A stretch of DNA of 63,216 nucleotides, the filler included, from Octopus bimaculoides (Eukaryota), in NCBI RefSeq assembly GCF_001194135.2. It is 5 parts of 5 records of this genome, joined end to end, with 100 filler letters (N's around TTAATTAATTAA, not from the genome) between each part and the next. Parts side by side here need not be neighbours in the genome. Positions count along the whole stretch, not along the records: positions 44,443 to 60,331 come from NC_068986.1; positions 60,432 to 63,216 come from NW_026325424.1; 3 more parts are not named here. One strand, given 5' to 3'. Made by a program: the position numbers and the translations under genes. This document shows positions 49,745 through 62,699 of the stretch, piece after piece; the first letter of the stretch is position 1, and every line of letters starts with the position of its first letter. Under the pieces are notes generated by a model, which ran no database searches, was not told the DNA's origin, and worked only from the letters and a program-made list of their open reading frames with translations.

Positions 49745-49947
49745 TTTTGACACAAGGGCAATAAGTTCGGAGGAGGGAATGAATCGATTCTTCCGACACC
49801 AGATCTCAACTGGTACTTATTTTATCGACCACGAAAGGATAAAATGCAAAGTATACAAGAATTTGAACTCAGAACATAAAGACAAATGAATAACCGCTAA
49901 CCATTTTGCCCTGTGGCCTAACGATTCCGCCAGCTCACACGGCCTTT
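49745..49947 (-). mobile_element. SINE family A (tail type 2, diverged)
   Basis: aactggtacttattttatcgacc.cgaaaggat...gaatttgaactcagaac...ccgccagctcac..gcctt. Confidence 0.75.
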
Positions 49948-50748
49948 GAAACAAGGTAATATTAACTGCAATTTTGAAATGCCCTGTTATAAAGCAACAA
50001 CGTTCCAAGAATACTGAGAATTTAAATTCATAAATGATGAACACCCATGCGTGCGTGCAAATATATATATATTATATACATAAAATAAACACAAGCAGAC
50101 ATATTTAAATGTATATGTTTGTGTGTATCTATCTGTCTATCGATCTACCTAGCTACCTGACAATATATATATATATATATATATANNNNNNNNNNNNNNN
50201 NNNNNNNNNNNNNNNNNNNNNNNNNNNNNNNNNNNNNNNNNNNNNNNNNNNNNNNNNNNNNNNNNNNNNNNNNNNNNNNNNNNNNNNNNNNNNNNNNNNN
50301 NNNNNNNNNNNNNNNNNNNNNNNNNNNNNNNNNNNNNNNNNNNNNNNNNNNNNAAAATGCACTTATTTTAAAAAAATATTTATTTACTTAACCGGTTTCA
50401 CTTTTTTAGAAAAAGATTATCAAAAGTCTTTGAGAATAATAAAAAATGTTAAAAAACAGTCTGAGTATTAAAATGCATATATACATTCTTTGATGATAAA
50501 ATATATTTAAAGTATAAAGCTTTGTATGAACTTTGTAGTGTTACATACTGATTGTCATATTAAGGTGAAATTGTTAAAAACAGTGTTAAAAACAGTGTAT
50601 GAAAATACACATATGGAAAAATACATATACATATACATATTCTCATACATATTCTTTGACAATCGAATAAAATTGAGAAGGAACTGACCTGGCCTTTTTC
50701 TCTTGTGTATATTGAAGGAATACACACACATATATATATACACACACG

Positions 50749-50838
<90 letters not shown>

Positions 50839-51039
50839 AAGAGAGAGAAAGAGGGAGAGAAATAGGAATAAATAGATAGATTGATAGGCAGGCAGATGGA
50901 TAAATGTATGTGTGTATGTATGTATTATGAATGTATGTATGTATATGTATGTGTGTATGTGTAAAGATTTGTATATTTTATTTTATGTACGTATTCTCAT
51001 GCATATAGTTGCATATGTAGACATGCCCATATATATTTA

Positions 51040-51495
51040 AATGATAAACTTCTGGAAAGTGTCCAAGACTTTTAGAGTTCCAGTGATGGATTGGATTTGT
51101 AGTCGTTGAATTAGCTTTCACCTTTCTGGTTTTGAGAAGTCTAATTTCTCAAGATTGGCATTTAGGCTTTGGGGGCACATCCCAAGGCCTCAATTATTAT
51201 AGGTATAAACCTGAACTTGTAATCTGGATAGAGTAACTGCAGATTTCTCAAAAGTTCAGCGTAGGTGTTCTCTTTTCTACTGATCTTCACCTTTATGTTA
51301 ACATTCGCTGGGCGGCTAATTTCCACAAATGTCCACAGTTTCTATTCTCTATCCCAAATAATTATATCAGATCTATTGTGCTTACATTTTATTGAGGTCT
51401 TCAGTGGAATATTCCACCAGTACTCCTTTTTATTATGAAAATACTGTGGGTTTTTATTTCTTTGTCCTCGGGGTTATCCTTCCGACGGATTTCAT
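51040..51495 (-). mobile_element. REL-type non-LTR retrotransposon 3' end
   Basis: NEIRRKD...EYWWNIPLKTSIKCKHNRSDIIIWDRE...VEISRP...YAELLRNLQLLYPDYKFRFIPIIIEALG...QSITGTLK. Confidence 0.85.
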
Positions 51496-52116
51496 TATGT
51501 ATGTATGTATGTATGTATGTATGTATGTATGTATGTTTGTATGTATGTATGTGTGTGTATATATGTGTGTGTATGTATGTATGTATGTGTGTGTGTATAC
51601 ATGTATGCATGTATTTGTGTGTATGTATGCATGTATGTGTGTGTGTATGTATGTAAGACACATACAAGTGCATATTTCAGTACGTGTTTTGGGAAATCGA
51701 TAGGCTATTAAGTCTCCTTCATTCCTGCTCCACATTTTCTTCGGGAATTCTTCCTTAACATGTTGATAAACATTCATAAGACATAAAAATTAACAATCTA
51801 TAATCAACAGATGAAAAAAATTCAAAAGCTTAATGGTTGGTTTTGTGATATCAATATCCAGTAAGTTATCACTTGATAAGTATCTATGTGATAAATCACT
51901 TTAAAGATATTTCCAGTAAATATCAGTGTTTGAATTTCTTTTTATAGAGTACATAGTTTGTTATATTTCATTAATGTGTTTATACATATATTATATCTTC
52001 ACAAAACGTGGTAATCGGAATGCCTGATAAATATCAATATACACTTTTACCAGAGTAGAGATACATAAATTTATTCCTGTTTCTGCGTAAATGTATATCT
52101 ATGCAACCAAAAGTAA

Positions 52117-52147
<31 letters not shown>

Positions 52148-52348
52148 CATACATACATGCATACATATAAGTATGCAGCCACTGAGACGAGCGTACACAC
52201 GTACGTACGTAGATACACATACATATATATGTATATGTACGTTCATATATGTGTATAGCTGTCTGAATGTTTGAATTTTTGTATTTATGCATGAATGTAT
52301 TTTGCTGATATGTGTGTATGCGTGTGTGTGTACATATATACGTGTGTT

Positions 52349-52385
<37 letters not shown>

Positions 52386-54039
52386 TTACATACACACATG
52401 CATATCATACAATGTTTACGAAAACACTCTAAATAATATTAATGGATACACAACAAACCCCTACACTTTCCTTACAAGGCTTACACGCAAACAAAAACAA
52501 TATTATTACTCAGCGTGTGTTTAGTTACACTAATGTAAACACAAACACACATCTACACACGCATTTTAAGTGTAAGCCTGTGTATGGGTCTGTCTAAGTA
52601 TCTGTGTGTGTTTGTGTGTGTGTGTGTGTGGTGGAACGTGTAACCTTCCCACCATCTTGATTATATTTCACTATGCACACTTAGACACTTAGATGTGGCA
52701 GGCCAACGTTACATATATTGAGGAAGGGAGATAAGACGAAAGCTTATCTCCCTGATCTTTCATCGATGGATGTCAAAATATTTGTGCTGGATATAGGAGG
52801 GTGCTATTAAAACCTTGATATTCCCCTCACACATTTGGGATCAGATGAAAGTTTAGCTACAAACGTAGGTGTTGAACTATATTCCTAAGTCTAGTTAAAT
52901 GTTGAATTACGCATTCGATAATATATACTAGCTTTCGTCACGGCAAATTAATGTTAGCCACACATTCCGTGTTAGTGTCGCCAAACAGTTGACGATAATT
53001 CGTTCCCATTCCAAGGCTCAAAAAAAAAAAAGAAAAAAAAGAGTAAACGAAATTGTTTTAAAGTCCAGTTTACTTATTTGTAGTTCCTTTATTTTAGGCA
53101 ACAGAGAAAAACGGCATGCCAGAGTGTCGCATTCAGTGATTTATATCTATTATAATACGCTTTCTAAATGTTGCTGCTGTTAATTACATGATGTTAAAAC
53201 TAATTCAGTAGATTTGTGTATTATATCTTTAACCATATCCTGTATGTTTTTCAGGCATAACGTCTTTAAGACTACATTAACTTTTATGTTCTTCAGTTTT
53301 TGAAGACAAGATATACTCCAAAGAAGATTAGACTTGTGTTTCCTCTTGATTTAATGACTTTGTAGTTTTTTCTTGTTTGTCTCGATTTTGCAGAGGTGAG
53401 GTTTGTTCCTGTTGCCATCAGGCGTCACAGTATATCTCACCAAATTAAAAGGTTTGCTGAAAAGAACAACCCTATAATAAATGTGAAGAGTGAAAAGGAA
53501 ATCAACTTTCAGTCTTCTATAGTAATTTCATTTACGGTTTACATGATGCATATAGGAATATTAGAACTTAAATAAATAAAGAGAACTTAATAGGTCATTG
53601 TTGTGTCGACGCCCCCAGGCGAAGAAATAGGATCTCCCAAGACATATAAACAGAGGTAGTCTGGCCGTGGTAGGAGTGTTGAGTAGCAGTCGAGTAGTTG
53701 TTGAGTAGCAGTTGAGAAGCAGTTGTGTAGCGATTGAGTAGAGATCATCCGAAGGTGCTAGATAGCAGTAGCGTTGAGACATAACAGTCATCGACTGGTA
53801 GTTAGTTTACTTTATTACCCCAGGAACGATAGAAGACAAAGTTGAATACAGACAACGAAATACCGTACGATTATTGTCTGTCCCGATATCTATTCTGCTA
53901 ATCTGCTTTTTAGACAGTTGTAGTCATACCATTAATTTTTTTTCATAATTACGAATGTTGTAACATCACGATGTATTTATTACAGACATTATATAGAGAA
54001 TTCCGAAAGGTTATGTAAATGGCGCTCTAAATCCGCCTC

Positions 54040-54231
54040 CTCATCATCAGCATCATCAACATCATATACATCACCATCTTCATCATCATCACCATCATCA
54101 TCATCTTCAAAAACCACCAGCACCATCAGAACCACCAACACCACCATCACCATCTCTATCACCATCATCATCATCATCAACATCATCATCATCATCATCA
54201 TCATCATCACCATCATCATCACCATCATCAG

Positions 54232-54290
<59 letters not shown>
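54040..54290. repeat. (CAT)n microsatellite
   Basis: Seen directly. Source of the poly-Met and poly-Asp ORFs. Confidence 0.95.
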
Positions 54291-54291
<1 letters not shown>

Positions 54292-55139
54292 ACACGGTAT
54301 ACTGCAACAGCAGCTATACTATAGATTCATAACATTTCCTATAACATGTTAATAACTCTATTGTTATATGAAATAATATTCATGAATGATGTAACAAAAT
54401 TATGTACAAGACTTGCAACAGGAACGGCAACAGCAACAACAGCAACAACAACTCTAGTTAAAATAGCCCTAGCGATAACAACAGCAAGTTTTTACACAAG
54501 AATAAATAAAAAGCACAGAATAGAATAATACAAACAAAAACAATTACAACAACAAAGACAACACTATCAGTAAATCACAAGAACATAACAACAGCTACAA
54601 CAACAACAACTGCAACTACAATAACACCAATAATAGGAAAAAAGACCAACACTAACACTAATACCAAAAGGAATATAACAGCAATTCATATGGAACATGT
54701 GTTATCGCCATTTTATATCAAATGCCATAACCCTACTCCATTTTATGATGTAGTGAAACTCGTTACAACCTGCAGCTGCTCTCTTAACATAATCAATGGT
54801 CTTATCAAAACTCAAACATGCATTTTTCAAACACCATTTCTCCAAGAATTATGTAGCTATGGAGTACTTTTTTCTCTTGTAATGGCGGTGGGTACTGTTG
54901 TTCTTATCGCTGTAGTTTTCTTCATGTTGTTGTTATTTAGTTCTTGTTGTATGATGATATTTTGCACTTGCTATTGTGGTGTTTTAGCTATTGGATGATT
55001 GGGGAATCATACATACATGCATTCATTCATTCATACATACATAGATACATACATACATACATACATTCATATATATATACATATACACATACATACATAC
55101 ATATATGTATATATATGTTTTAATATACATATATACATA

Positions 55140-55170
<31 letters not shown>

Positions 55171-57039
55171 NNNNNNNNNNNNNNNNNNNNNNNNNNNNNN
55201 NNNNNNNNNNNNNNNNNNNNNNNNNNNNNNNNNNNNNNNNNNNNNNNNNNNNNNNNNNNNNNNNNNNNNNNNNNNNNNNNNNNNNNNNNNNNNNNNNNNN
55301 NNNNNNNNNNNNNNNNNNNNNNNNNNNNNNNNNNNNNNNNNNNNNNNNNNNNNNNNNNNNNNNNNNNNNNNNNNNNNNNNNNNNNNNNNNNNNNNNNNNN
55401 NNNNNNNNNNNNNNNNNNNNNNNNNNNNNNNNNNNNNNNNNNNNNNNNNNNNNNNNNNNNNNNNNNNNNNNNNNNNNNNNNNNNNNNNNNNNNNNNNNNN
55501 NNNNATAAAGTGGTCATCGATCTATCATGGTGAATGCCGGACAGAAGTTTCACACAGGAGAGCTAAGAAAAAGGGGAGATAACAAAGGGGAAAGAAGTGG
55601 TGAACCCAAAGACGAGAAGCTTTGTGTGTGTGAGAGAATGCTGGTGATCTTAACGTATGCATGTGTGTATGTCGGTGTAAAAAAGTGGGGAAGGGAGAAG
55701 GGAGTTGGTCAGGGCTAGTGTGTGCGTGGTGATGTGTTGTGAAGTGATGTGTTGTGTGATATGATGTAGTGTGGTGTGATTTGAGTGTTGGGAGGTGGGG
55801 AAGGCGCAGGCGGGGGAGGCGAGAGTGGGGAAAGCATGGGTGGAGTGTGGGTTAGGCTGAGGGTGGGGGTAGAGGTAGGGGTATGTGAGTAGGCAGAGGT
55901 TGGGGTGAGTGTAAGGGATGGGATGGGATGGGGTGGGATGGGGGTGGGATGGGAAGGTAGAGTAGGAGTGTGCTGGGGTGGGATGAGCTTATGAAACATA
56001 ACTTCCAAAAACTCGAGCATCTACAATTTCCTGTGAGTATTTTTTAATTTACCCCCAAATAAGTTTAGAAACTTATATATCTACAATTTTCTCTGGGCGA
56101 ACAGACAAACAATCGTCTTTAAAATCTTTCAAAAACTTTAACATTTGCAGCTTCTGTAAATACCTATCCTTTCCTTTCTCCCTGAATATTCGAAAATGTA
56201 AACATGCTTTTTATTATAAGAACACTACAGTTTTCTCAGTCCGGACATACAAGCGATCATCTTTAGAAAATGTTTTCTATGGAAATCTTAGCCTTCTTTT
56301 CTTTCGTTTCCCTTTCCCCTGAATATTCGAGAATGTAAACCCCTTTTTATTGCAAGAATGCTACAGTTTTCTCCGGCCGGACGTGAAATTGTTTTCCCAC
56401 GGGAGTTCTGGGGTACCAGAACTCAATTGTATAGAGTAATGAACTCATTTGTATACAGCCAATCAGGACAGAGTCACCTTATCCTTTCTTCCATCCCATT
56501 GAGCACCGTGCATTCCTTACTCATTCCCTCTCTACTGACAGACGGCAAACTTTTTGTCACTATCGAAAAAAGTTTCCCTATCACTACAAGTACTACTGTC
56601 TCTAATTACCTATCGAGCAAACGAGTAAATATATGTAAATAATATTTCTTCCTTCTTGGTGTTGATCCTTCGATATTCAATGGTTGCTTCAACGTTGGCA
56701 CAATAATACACTTGCCCAAACTCAATTGCTGGAGTCATTTCATTTTTTTCAGAAAAATGTTTTCAAAAACTAATAAAGGTTTAAAATTCGATCATTTTCA
56801 TCCAGTCAGGAAACAGGATCTGGAAGCTGTTATTTTGTCCGTGACTGAAAATTTTGTCAACATCCTGAAAATATTTGCATTTTTTGTATCTTCCGTGAAT
56901 TTTTCACGGAAGAACTTTCGTGCTAAAAATTATAGCTAAATAAGATTTATTTACATGAAAGAAAATTACCGGAGACATAAAACGTTTACAAATATTCTTT
57001 TCTTCTCCAGGAACAAGGCCCGAAATTTTGCGGGAAGGG

Positions 57040-57598
57040 GCCAGTACGCAACTAGTACGCAACTGGTACTTAATTTATCGGCCCCGAAAGGATGAAAGGC
57101 AAAGTCAACCTCGGCGGAATTTGAACTCAGAACGTAAAGACAGACGAAATACTGCTAAGCATTTCGCCAGGCGTTCTAACGTTTCTTATTTCTCTATTGC
57201 CCACAAGGGGCTAAACATAGAGGGGACAATCAAGGGCAGACAATTAAGTCGATTATATCGACCCCAGTGCGTAACTGGTACTTAATTTATCGGTCCCGAA
57301 AGGATGAAAGGCAAAGTCAACCTCGGCGGAATTTGAACTCAGAACATAAAGACAGACGAAATACCTATTTCTTTACTGCCCACAAGGGGCTACACACAGA
57401 GGGGACAAACAAGGACTGACAAACGGATTAAGTCGATTATATCGACCCCAGTGCGTAACTGGTACTTAATTTATCGACCCCGAAAGGATGAAGGGCAAAG
57501 TCGACCTCGGCGGAATTTGAACTCAGAACGCAGAGACAGACGAAATACCGCTAAGCATTTCGCCCGGCGTGCTAACGTCTCTGCCAGCTCACCGCCTT
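57040..57598 (-). mobile_element. Head-to-tail trimer of SINE family A
   Basis: Three successive copies of ctggtacttaatttatcg..cccgaaaggatgaa.ggcaaagtc.acctcggcggaatttgaactcagaac. Full copy 57366-57598, truncated copies at about 57183-57365 and 57040-57180. Confidence 0.95.
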
Positions 57599-57879
57599 GA
57601 GTGATGAAAAATATTGTAAGGCAATTTGTTCACCACACTGATAGTGGAGTTTTTAGCAGTTAGCCGACTTCCGAAAATTTGTAGTTTCTCGCTCGTGGAT
57701 TTTATGGTACATTAGCCTACACATATTCACTCCGCAAGTAAAATAAAAGAGCTAAATATTCCTAAAATTACAGTTGTCTTAAAACAGAAAATCCACCGTA
57801 AATAATAATTAAAGACAATATGGTCACGTTCAGAGAACCTTTGATCATAGTCTTGCTGTATTAGAGTTGATCAGCTGCT

Positions 57880-58050
57880 GCTACTTCTCCTCCACCTCCT
57901 CGTCCTTCTCCACGTTCTCCTCGTCCTCCTCCACGTCTTCCTCTCTCTCCTCCTCCCTCTCCTCCTCCCTCTCCTCCTCCTCCTCCTACTACTACTGCTG
58001 CTGCTGCTGCTACTACTACTACTACTACTACTACTACTGCTGCTGCTGCC
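57880..58050. repeat. Compound trinucleotide tract (CCT)n(CTA)n(CTG)n
   Basis: Seen directly. Confidence 0.9.
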
Positions 58051-58463
58051 ACTCCGCATCTTACGTCACCAGTTGCATTGCAAAAAGTTTTCCTTTCTTT
58101 ATAAACACACGATCTGCAGCACCCACGCATCTTTATCAATAAATCATTTGTTTTATTACATGACGTTTGCTGGTGGAAATAGCTGGGATAGTGTAATTGG
58201 TAAGGTTGTAGAGGTGGTCATGGTGACTCAGGCGTTGGTGGGCCTAGAGATGACTATGAGGAAATTAGTAGAGAAAGTGATGCCGTGGAGGGGATGGATA
58301 TATAATTGTGTCTGTTGCTGTTGGTAGCAACTGATATATTTTCAGAGTGATAGGGAAGAAGTTGTTAATGACCTCGCTAGGTCACATGTGGTCGTATCTA
58401 TTAATCAGGATGTGAGGTAAAGGAGTGATAGCCGTCATTTCTAACAGCTTAAGAAACCACATA

Positions 58464-59794
58464 CAGGGGTTGGACAAAATAATGGAACACCTACCTTCAT
58501 AGTGTCATAATTTTGAAATATCTATAAAACCGTCAAAAGCTTTTTTATTTTTATGCTTTTTATTTATTTATTATTAGTGTTGCTTAATATGTTTTGCTAA
58601 AATTGCCGTTTCGTTTCAGCTATCATCAGATCACGGTAATTAAAATTCATTAAAATAACAGGTCTATCGGACTTTCAAAGAGCTCAAATTGTTGGTGTTC
58701 GTTTGGCAGGCGCTAGCGTAGTGAAACCAATCGAAATGTTTGGTGTATCAAGAAGTACTGTCTCAAAAGTAATGACGGCTTTTCAGAAAGAGGGAACAAC
58801 CTCCTCGTCGAAACAAAACTCCGGAAGAAAACAAAAGCTTTCAGATGGGACCGTCGGACTTCTACGCGAATTTTTAGAAAAGATCACAAAAGTACAGCTC
58901 TCAAAATTACTGCAGAGCTTAATGACCACCTCAGGGACATAGTTTCCACCAAAATCTGTTTCGCGGGGAGCTACACAAAGCCGGATTTCACGGGAGGGTT
59001 GCAATCAGAAAACCACTACTTTCAAAAACAAACGTTGCAAAGAGTTTAGAGTGCAGTAAAAACCTACAGAATGTGTTTCTAGAGCAGTAGAAGAATGTTA
59101 TTTTCTCGGACGAGTCATCCTTTATCTCATTTCCGACCACCGGCCGAGTATACGTGCGGAGACAGCCAAAAGAAGCNNNNNNNNNNNNNNNNNNNNNNNN
59201 NNNNNNNNNNNNNNNNNNNNNNNNNNNNNNNNNNNNNNNNNNNNNNNNNNNNNNNNNNNNNNNNNNNNNNNNNNNNNNNNNNNNNNNNNNNNNNNNNNNN
59301 NNNNNNNNNNNNNNNNNNNNNNNNNNNNNNNNNNNNTTCTATTCATCGCAGAATTAATAGTTAAGACAATTTAAGCATTTAATTTGATCAAATTCATCCT
59401 ATGGTTGCGGAACTGTTTCCAGAGGGAAACGTAATCTATCAGGATGATAATGCACCAATTCATACAGCAAAAGTTGTTACTCAATGGCACGAGGAACATT
59501 GTAGTGAAATTGAACATCTTATCTAGCCACCACAGTCCCTAAATCTCAATATTTTTGAACATTTATGGTGTATTTTAGAAAAACACGCAAGGTATCGATA
59601 TCCTTCTAACATCATCACTGCAAGAACTGGAGACTGTTTTATCTGAAGAAGGAACAAAATTCCTTTGGAAACAATTCAGACTTTGTACGAGTCCATACCT
59701 CATAGAATTCAAGGTGTAATTAGTGCCAAAGGCGGTCCTACCCCATATTAAAATTAATTTGTTTGAAATGTTAAGGTGTTTCCATTAATTTGTC
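58464..59794 (+). mobile_element. Tc1/mariner (Tc1, DD34E-type) transposon, inactive
   Basis: TA + left TIR caggggttggacaaaataatggaacacct; the right TIR aggtgtttccattaatttgtc lacks the outer ~10 bp. Transposase from about 58655 (ATA in place of ATG) to 59751: LSDFQRAQIVG...GVSRSTVSKV...SGRKQKL, VIFSDES, YQDDNAPIH, PPQSLNLNIFEHLW, KGGPTPY*. Frameshifts, stops and a gap. Confidence 0.92.
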
Positions 59795-60002
59795 GCTCAT
59801 TGATTCGATTTGACCATGAATGATTGTAGTGCTGTTTAACCCTGTGTCAAGTTTCATCCACTCAGCTATAATAAAAATTGAGCACGTTGTGGCCATCCCT
59901 TTTCCCAGATATAATTAAGCTTGGAATAAATTACCTAATATACATTGCGTAGTTCCTATTTGTAAGCAGATAATGTGATTTGAGGACCATTCTACTGCTA
60001 CT

Positions 60003-60331
60003 GTGGAGGCGCAATGGCCCAGTGGTTAGGGCAGCGGACTGGCGGTCATAGGATCGCGGTTTCGATTCCCAGACCGGGCGTTGTGAGTGTTTATTGAGCG
60101 AAAACACTTAAAGCTGCTCCGGCAGGGGATGGTGGCGAACCCTGCTGTACTCTTTCGCCACAACTTTCTCTCTCTCTTACTTCCTGTTTCTGTTGTGCCT
60201 GTAATTCAAAGGGTCAGCCTTGTCACACTGTCACGCTGAAAATCCCCGAGAACTACGTTAAGGGTACACGTGTCTGTGGAGTGCTCAGCCACTTGCACGT
60301 TAATTTCACGAGCGGGCTCTTCCGTTGATCG
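60003..60331 (+). mobile_element. tRNA(Arg)-like SINE family C, near full length
   Basis: Head with A box TGGCCCAGTGG and B box GGTTTCGATTCC; the body runs to a gap. Confidence 0.9.
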
Positions 60332-61814
60332 NNNNNNNNNNNNNNNNNNNNNNNNNNNNNNNNNNNNNNNNNNNNTTAATTAATTAANNNNNNNNNNNNN
60401 NNNNNNNNNNNNNNNNNNNNNNNNNNNNNNNATTTACCATCTATCTCCTGGACCACGATTTCGAGCTCTAAAGTAGCAAATGAAATAATTTGTTAATTTG
60501 GAGCTTTCTTCAGCAGGTACGCCAAGATTAACATAATAAATACGAGGCAATACAGTATATGCCTCGTGCTTATATATTATATATTTTCAAATTCACCGCG
60601 CAAGCGCAGTTTTTTCCGGCGGCAAATAAAAATAATAGCGGTATTTCTTCGAAAATTTGACCAAAACGTTATGTGGTCCAGTAGAGCCGCAGTCCAATGT
60701 TCGCAACCAGTAAAAAACTAACGATTAACTTGAAGGCTTACCCTCTCAGCAACACTCTGAGGTTAAGCCATTTACATTCCACTGCTACACTCTACTCTCA
60801 ACTGATTTTCCTTCTATTTTTGATCTTCCTACCTGAATTCTATATATAATGTTTAAATGTACACTGTATCTATATGAATAATATATTGTCTATTGACTAG
60901 TTTCTACATGCTAGGTCACTGGTAGCAAAAAATTAAAAAAAGTTTTTCTTAGCCTGATATTTATTAATTATATATATATATATATATATATAANNNNNNN
61001 NNNNNNNNNNNNNNNNNNNNNNNNNNNNNNNNNNNNNNNNNNNNNNNNNNNNNNNNNNNNNNNNNNNNNNNNNNNNNNNNNNNNNNNNNNNNNNNNNNNN
61101 NNNNNNNNNNNNNNNNNNNNNNNNNNNNNNNNNNNNNNNNNNNNNNNNNNNNNNNNNNNNNNNNNNNNNNNNNNNNNNNNNNNNNNNNNNNNNNNNNNNN
61201 NNNNNNNNNNNNNNNNNNNNNNNNNNNNNNNNNNNNNNNNNNNNNNNNNNNNNNNNNNNNNNNNNNNNNNNNNNNNNNNNNNNNNNNNNNNNNNNNNNNN
61301 NNNNNNNNNNNNNNNNNNNNNNNNNNNNNNNNNNNNNNNNNNNNNNNNNNNNNNNNNNNNNNNNNNNNNNNNNNNNNNNNNNNNNNNNNNNNNNNNNNNN
61401 NNNNNNNNNNNNNNNNNNNNNNNNNNNNNNNNNNNNNNNNNNNNNNNNNNNNNNNNNNNNNNNNNNNNNNNNNNNNNNNNNNNNNNNNNNNNNNNNNNNN
61501 NNNNNNNNNNNNNNNNNNNNNNNNNNNNNNNNNNNNNNNNNNNNNNNNNNNNNNNNNNNNNNNNNNNNNNNNNNNNNNNNNNNNNNNNNNNNNNNNNNNN
61601 NNNNNNNNNNNNNNNNNNNNNNNNNNNNNNNNNNNNNNNNNNNNNNNNNNNNNNNNNNNNNNNNNNNNNNNNNNNNNNNNNNNNNNNNNNNNNNNNNNNN
61701 NNNNNNNNNNNNNNNNNNNNNNNNNNNNNNNNNNNNNNNNNNNNNNNNNNNNNNNNNNNNNNNNNNNNNNNNNNNNNNNNNNNNNNNNNNNNNNNNNNNN
61801 NNNNNNNNNNNNNN

Positions 61815-62630
61815 NNGCAAACGGAAACTGAAGGATGAAATATATGCCCAATTCATAAAAGGGAAAACATATCAGATGCCCAAAACTATAGGCACGCAGA
61901 CGATACGAAAGCATCGCAGAAAATACAGAACCCCAGTGATGTTGCATGCCTGCGGCTGGAGTTGGACTAAATTTACAGATGGGCTGAGGATAATAATATG
62001 CAGTTTAATGCTGAAAAATTGCACGCCCTGCGCTACCACCGTCCAAAACTGAATATAAAACTTACAAGGTAGATTGGTCCACAGGGGATTACAATCCCAG
62101 AGCCTAAATCAGTGAGGGACTTGGGTATCGACATGAGTGATGATACCCCTTTCCAAGTGCACATTACCAGGATTGCGACAAAGAGCTGGATAGATCCTGA
62201 GAACGTTCAGAACCAGAGAAAAGGAAATCACGATGATCCTCTGGAAGACATTCGTCATCAGCTGACCTTGAAGCAACCCAGCGAAGAATCACAAAGAAGA
62301 TCATCTCATTGCAACAGCTCAGCTACTGGGAAAGGCTGAAACAGCTAAGACTCTACTGCCTGGAGCGAAGGCGGGAGAGGTATGCAGTAATACACATCAG
62401 GAAGATACTTGAAGGAATTGTGTCCAATTTTGGCATTGAAAGCTACACCGATGCCAGAACTAATTGACAATGCACAGTGCCAAAGATCCCAGCAATACCA
62501 TCGCGCTTCAGGACCAGTTACTGGAACAGGCTGGCTTTCAGGGTCCTACAGCTCTTTAATATTCTCCCAGAGAGCCTGAGGGACGTACATAAAGTGGATG
62601 TAGGTGTTTTCAGACCAAAACCGAACCTGT
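61815..62630 (+). mobile_element. CR1-like LINE 3' RT fragment
   Basis: WAEDNNMQFNAEK...SVRDLGIDMSDD...LSYWERLKQLRLYCLERRRERY...LQLFNILP. Confidence 0.85.
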
Positions 62631-62699
62631 TCTCTGATGCACCGCCATTGCTAAACTTTTATTACTGAGATCCTCCTCTAATATATGGCACTTGGTGAG

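Noticed and set aside
53360-53480. Host exon (splice-like tttgcag on +; KPFNLVRYTVTPDGNRNKPHLCKIE on -)
   Set aside because: No recognisable domain, no consistent acceptor-donor pair and no neighbouring exons to support it.
48385-53789. TIRs of a single 5.4-kb DNA transposon
   Set aside because: RTE sequence continues on both sides of the left copy, so it is an independent short insertion; no transposase lies between the copies.
54690-54998. Small membrane protein ORF (102 aa)
   Set aside because: The hydrophobic and Cys-rich stretch comes from low-complexity (GTT/TGT)-rich sequence.
57861-58142. Gly/Arg/Ser-rich or protamine-like ORFs
   Set aside because: Translations of compound trinucleotide repeats in several frames; there is no other evidence of coding.
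59642-59682. Hammerhead-like ctgaagaaggaacaaaattcctttggaaac
   Set aside because: It lies inside the Tc1 transposase coding sequence and has no valid stem III or NUH triplet; chance match.
29315-60387. Conserved TTAATTAATTAA motif (x4)
   Set aside because: Always embedded symmetrically in N runs; an artificial scaffold linker with stops in six frames.
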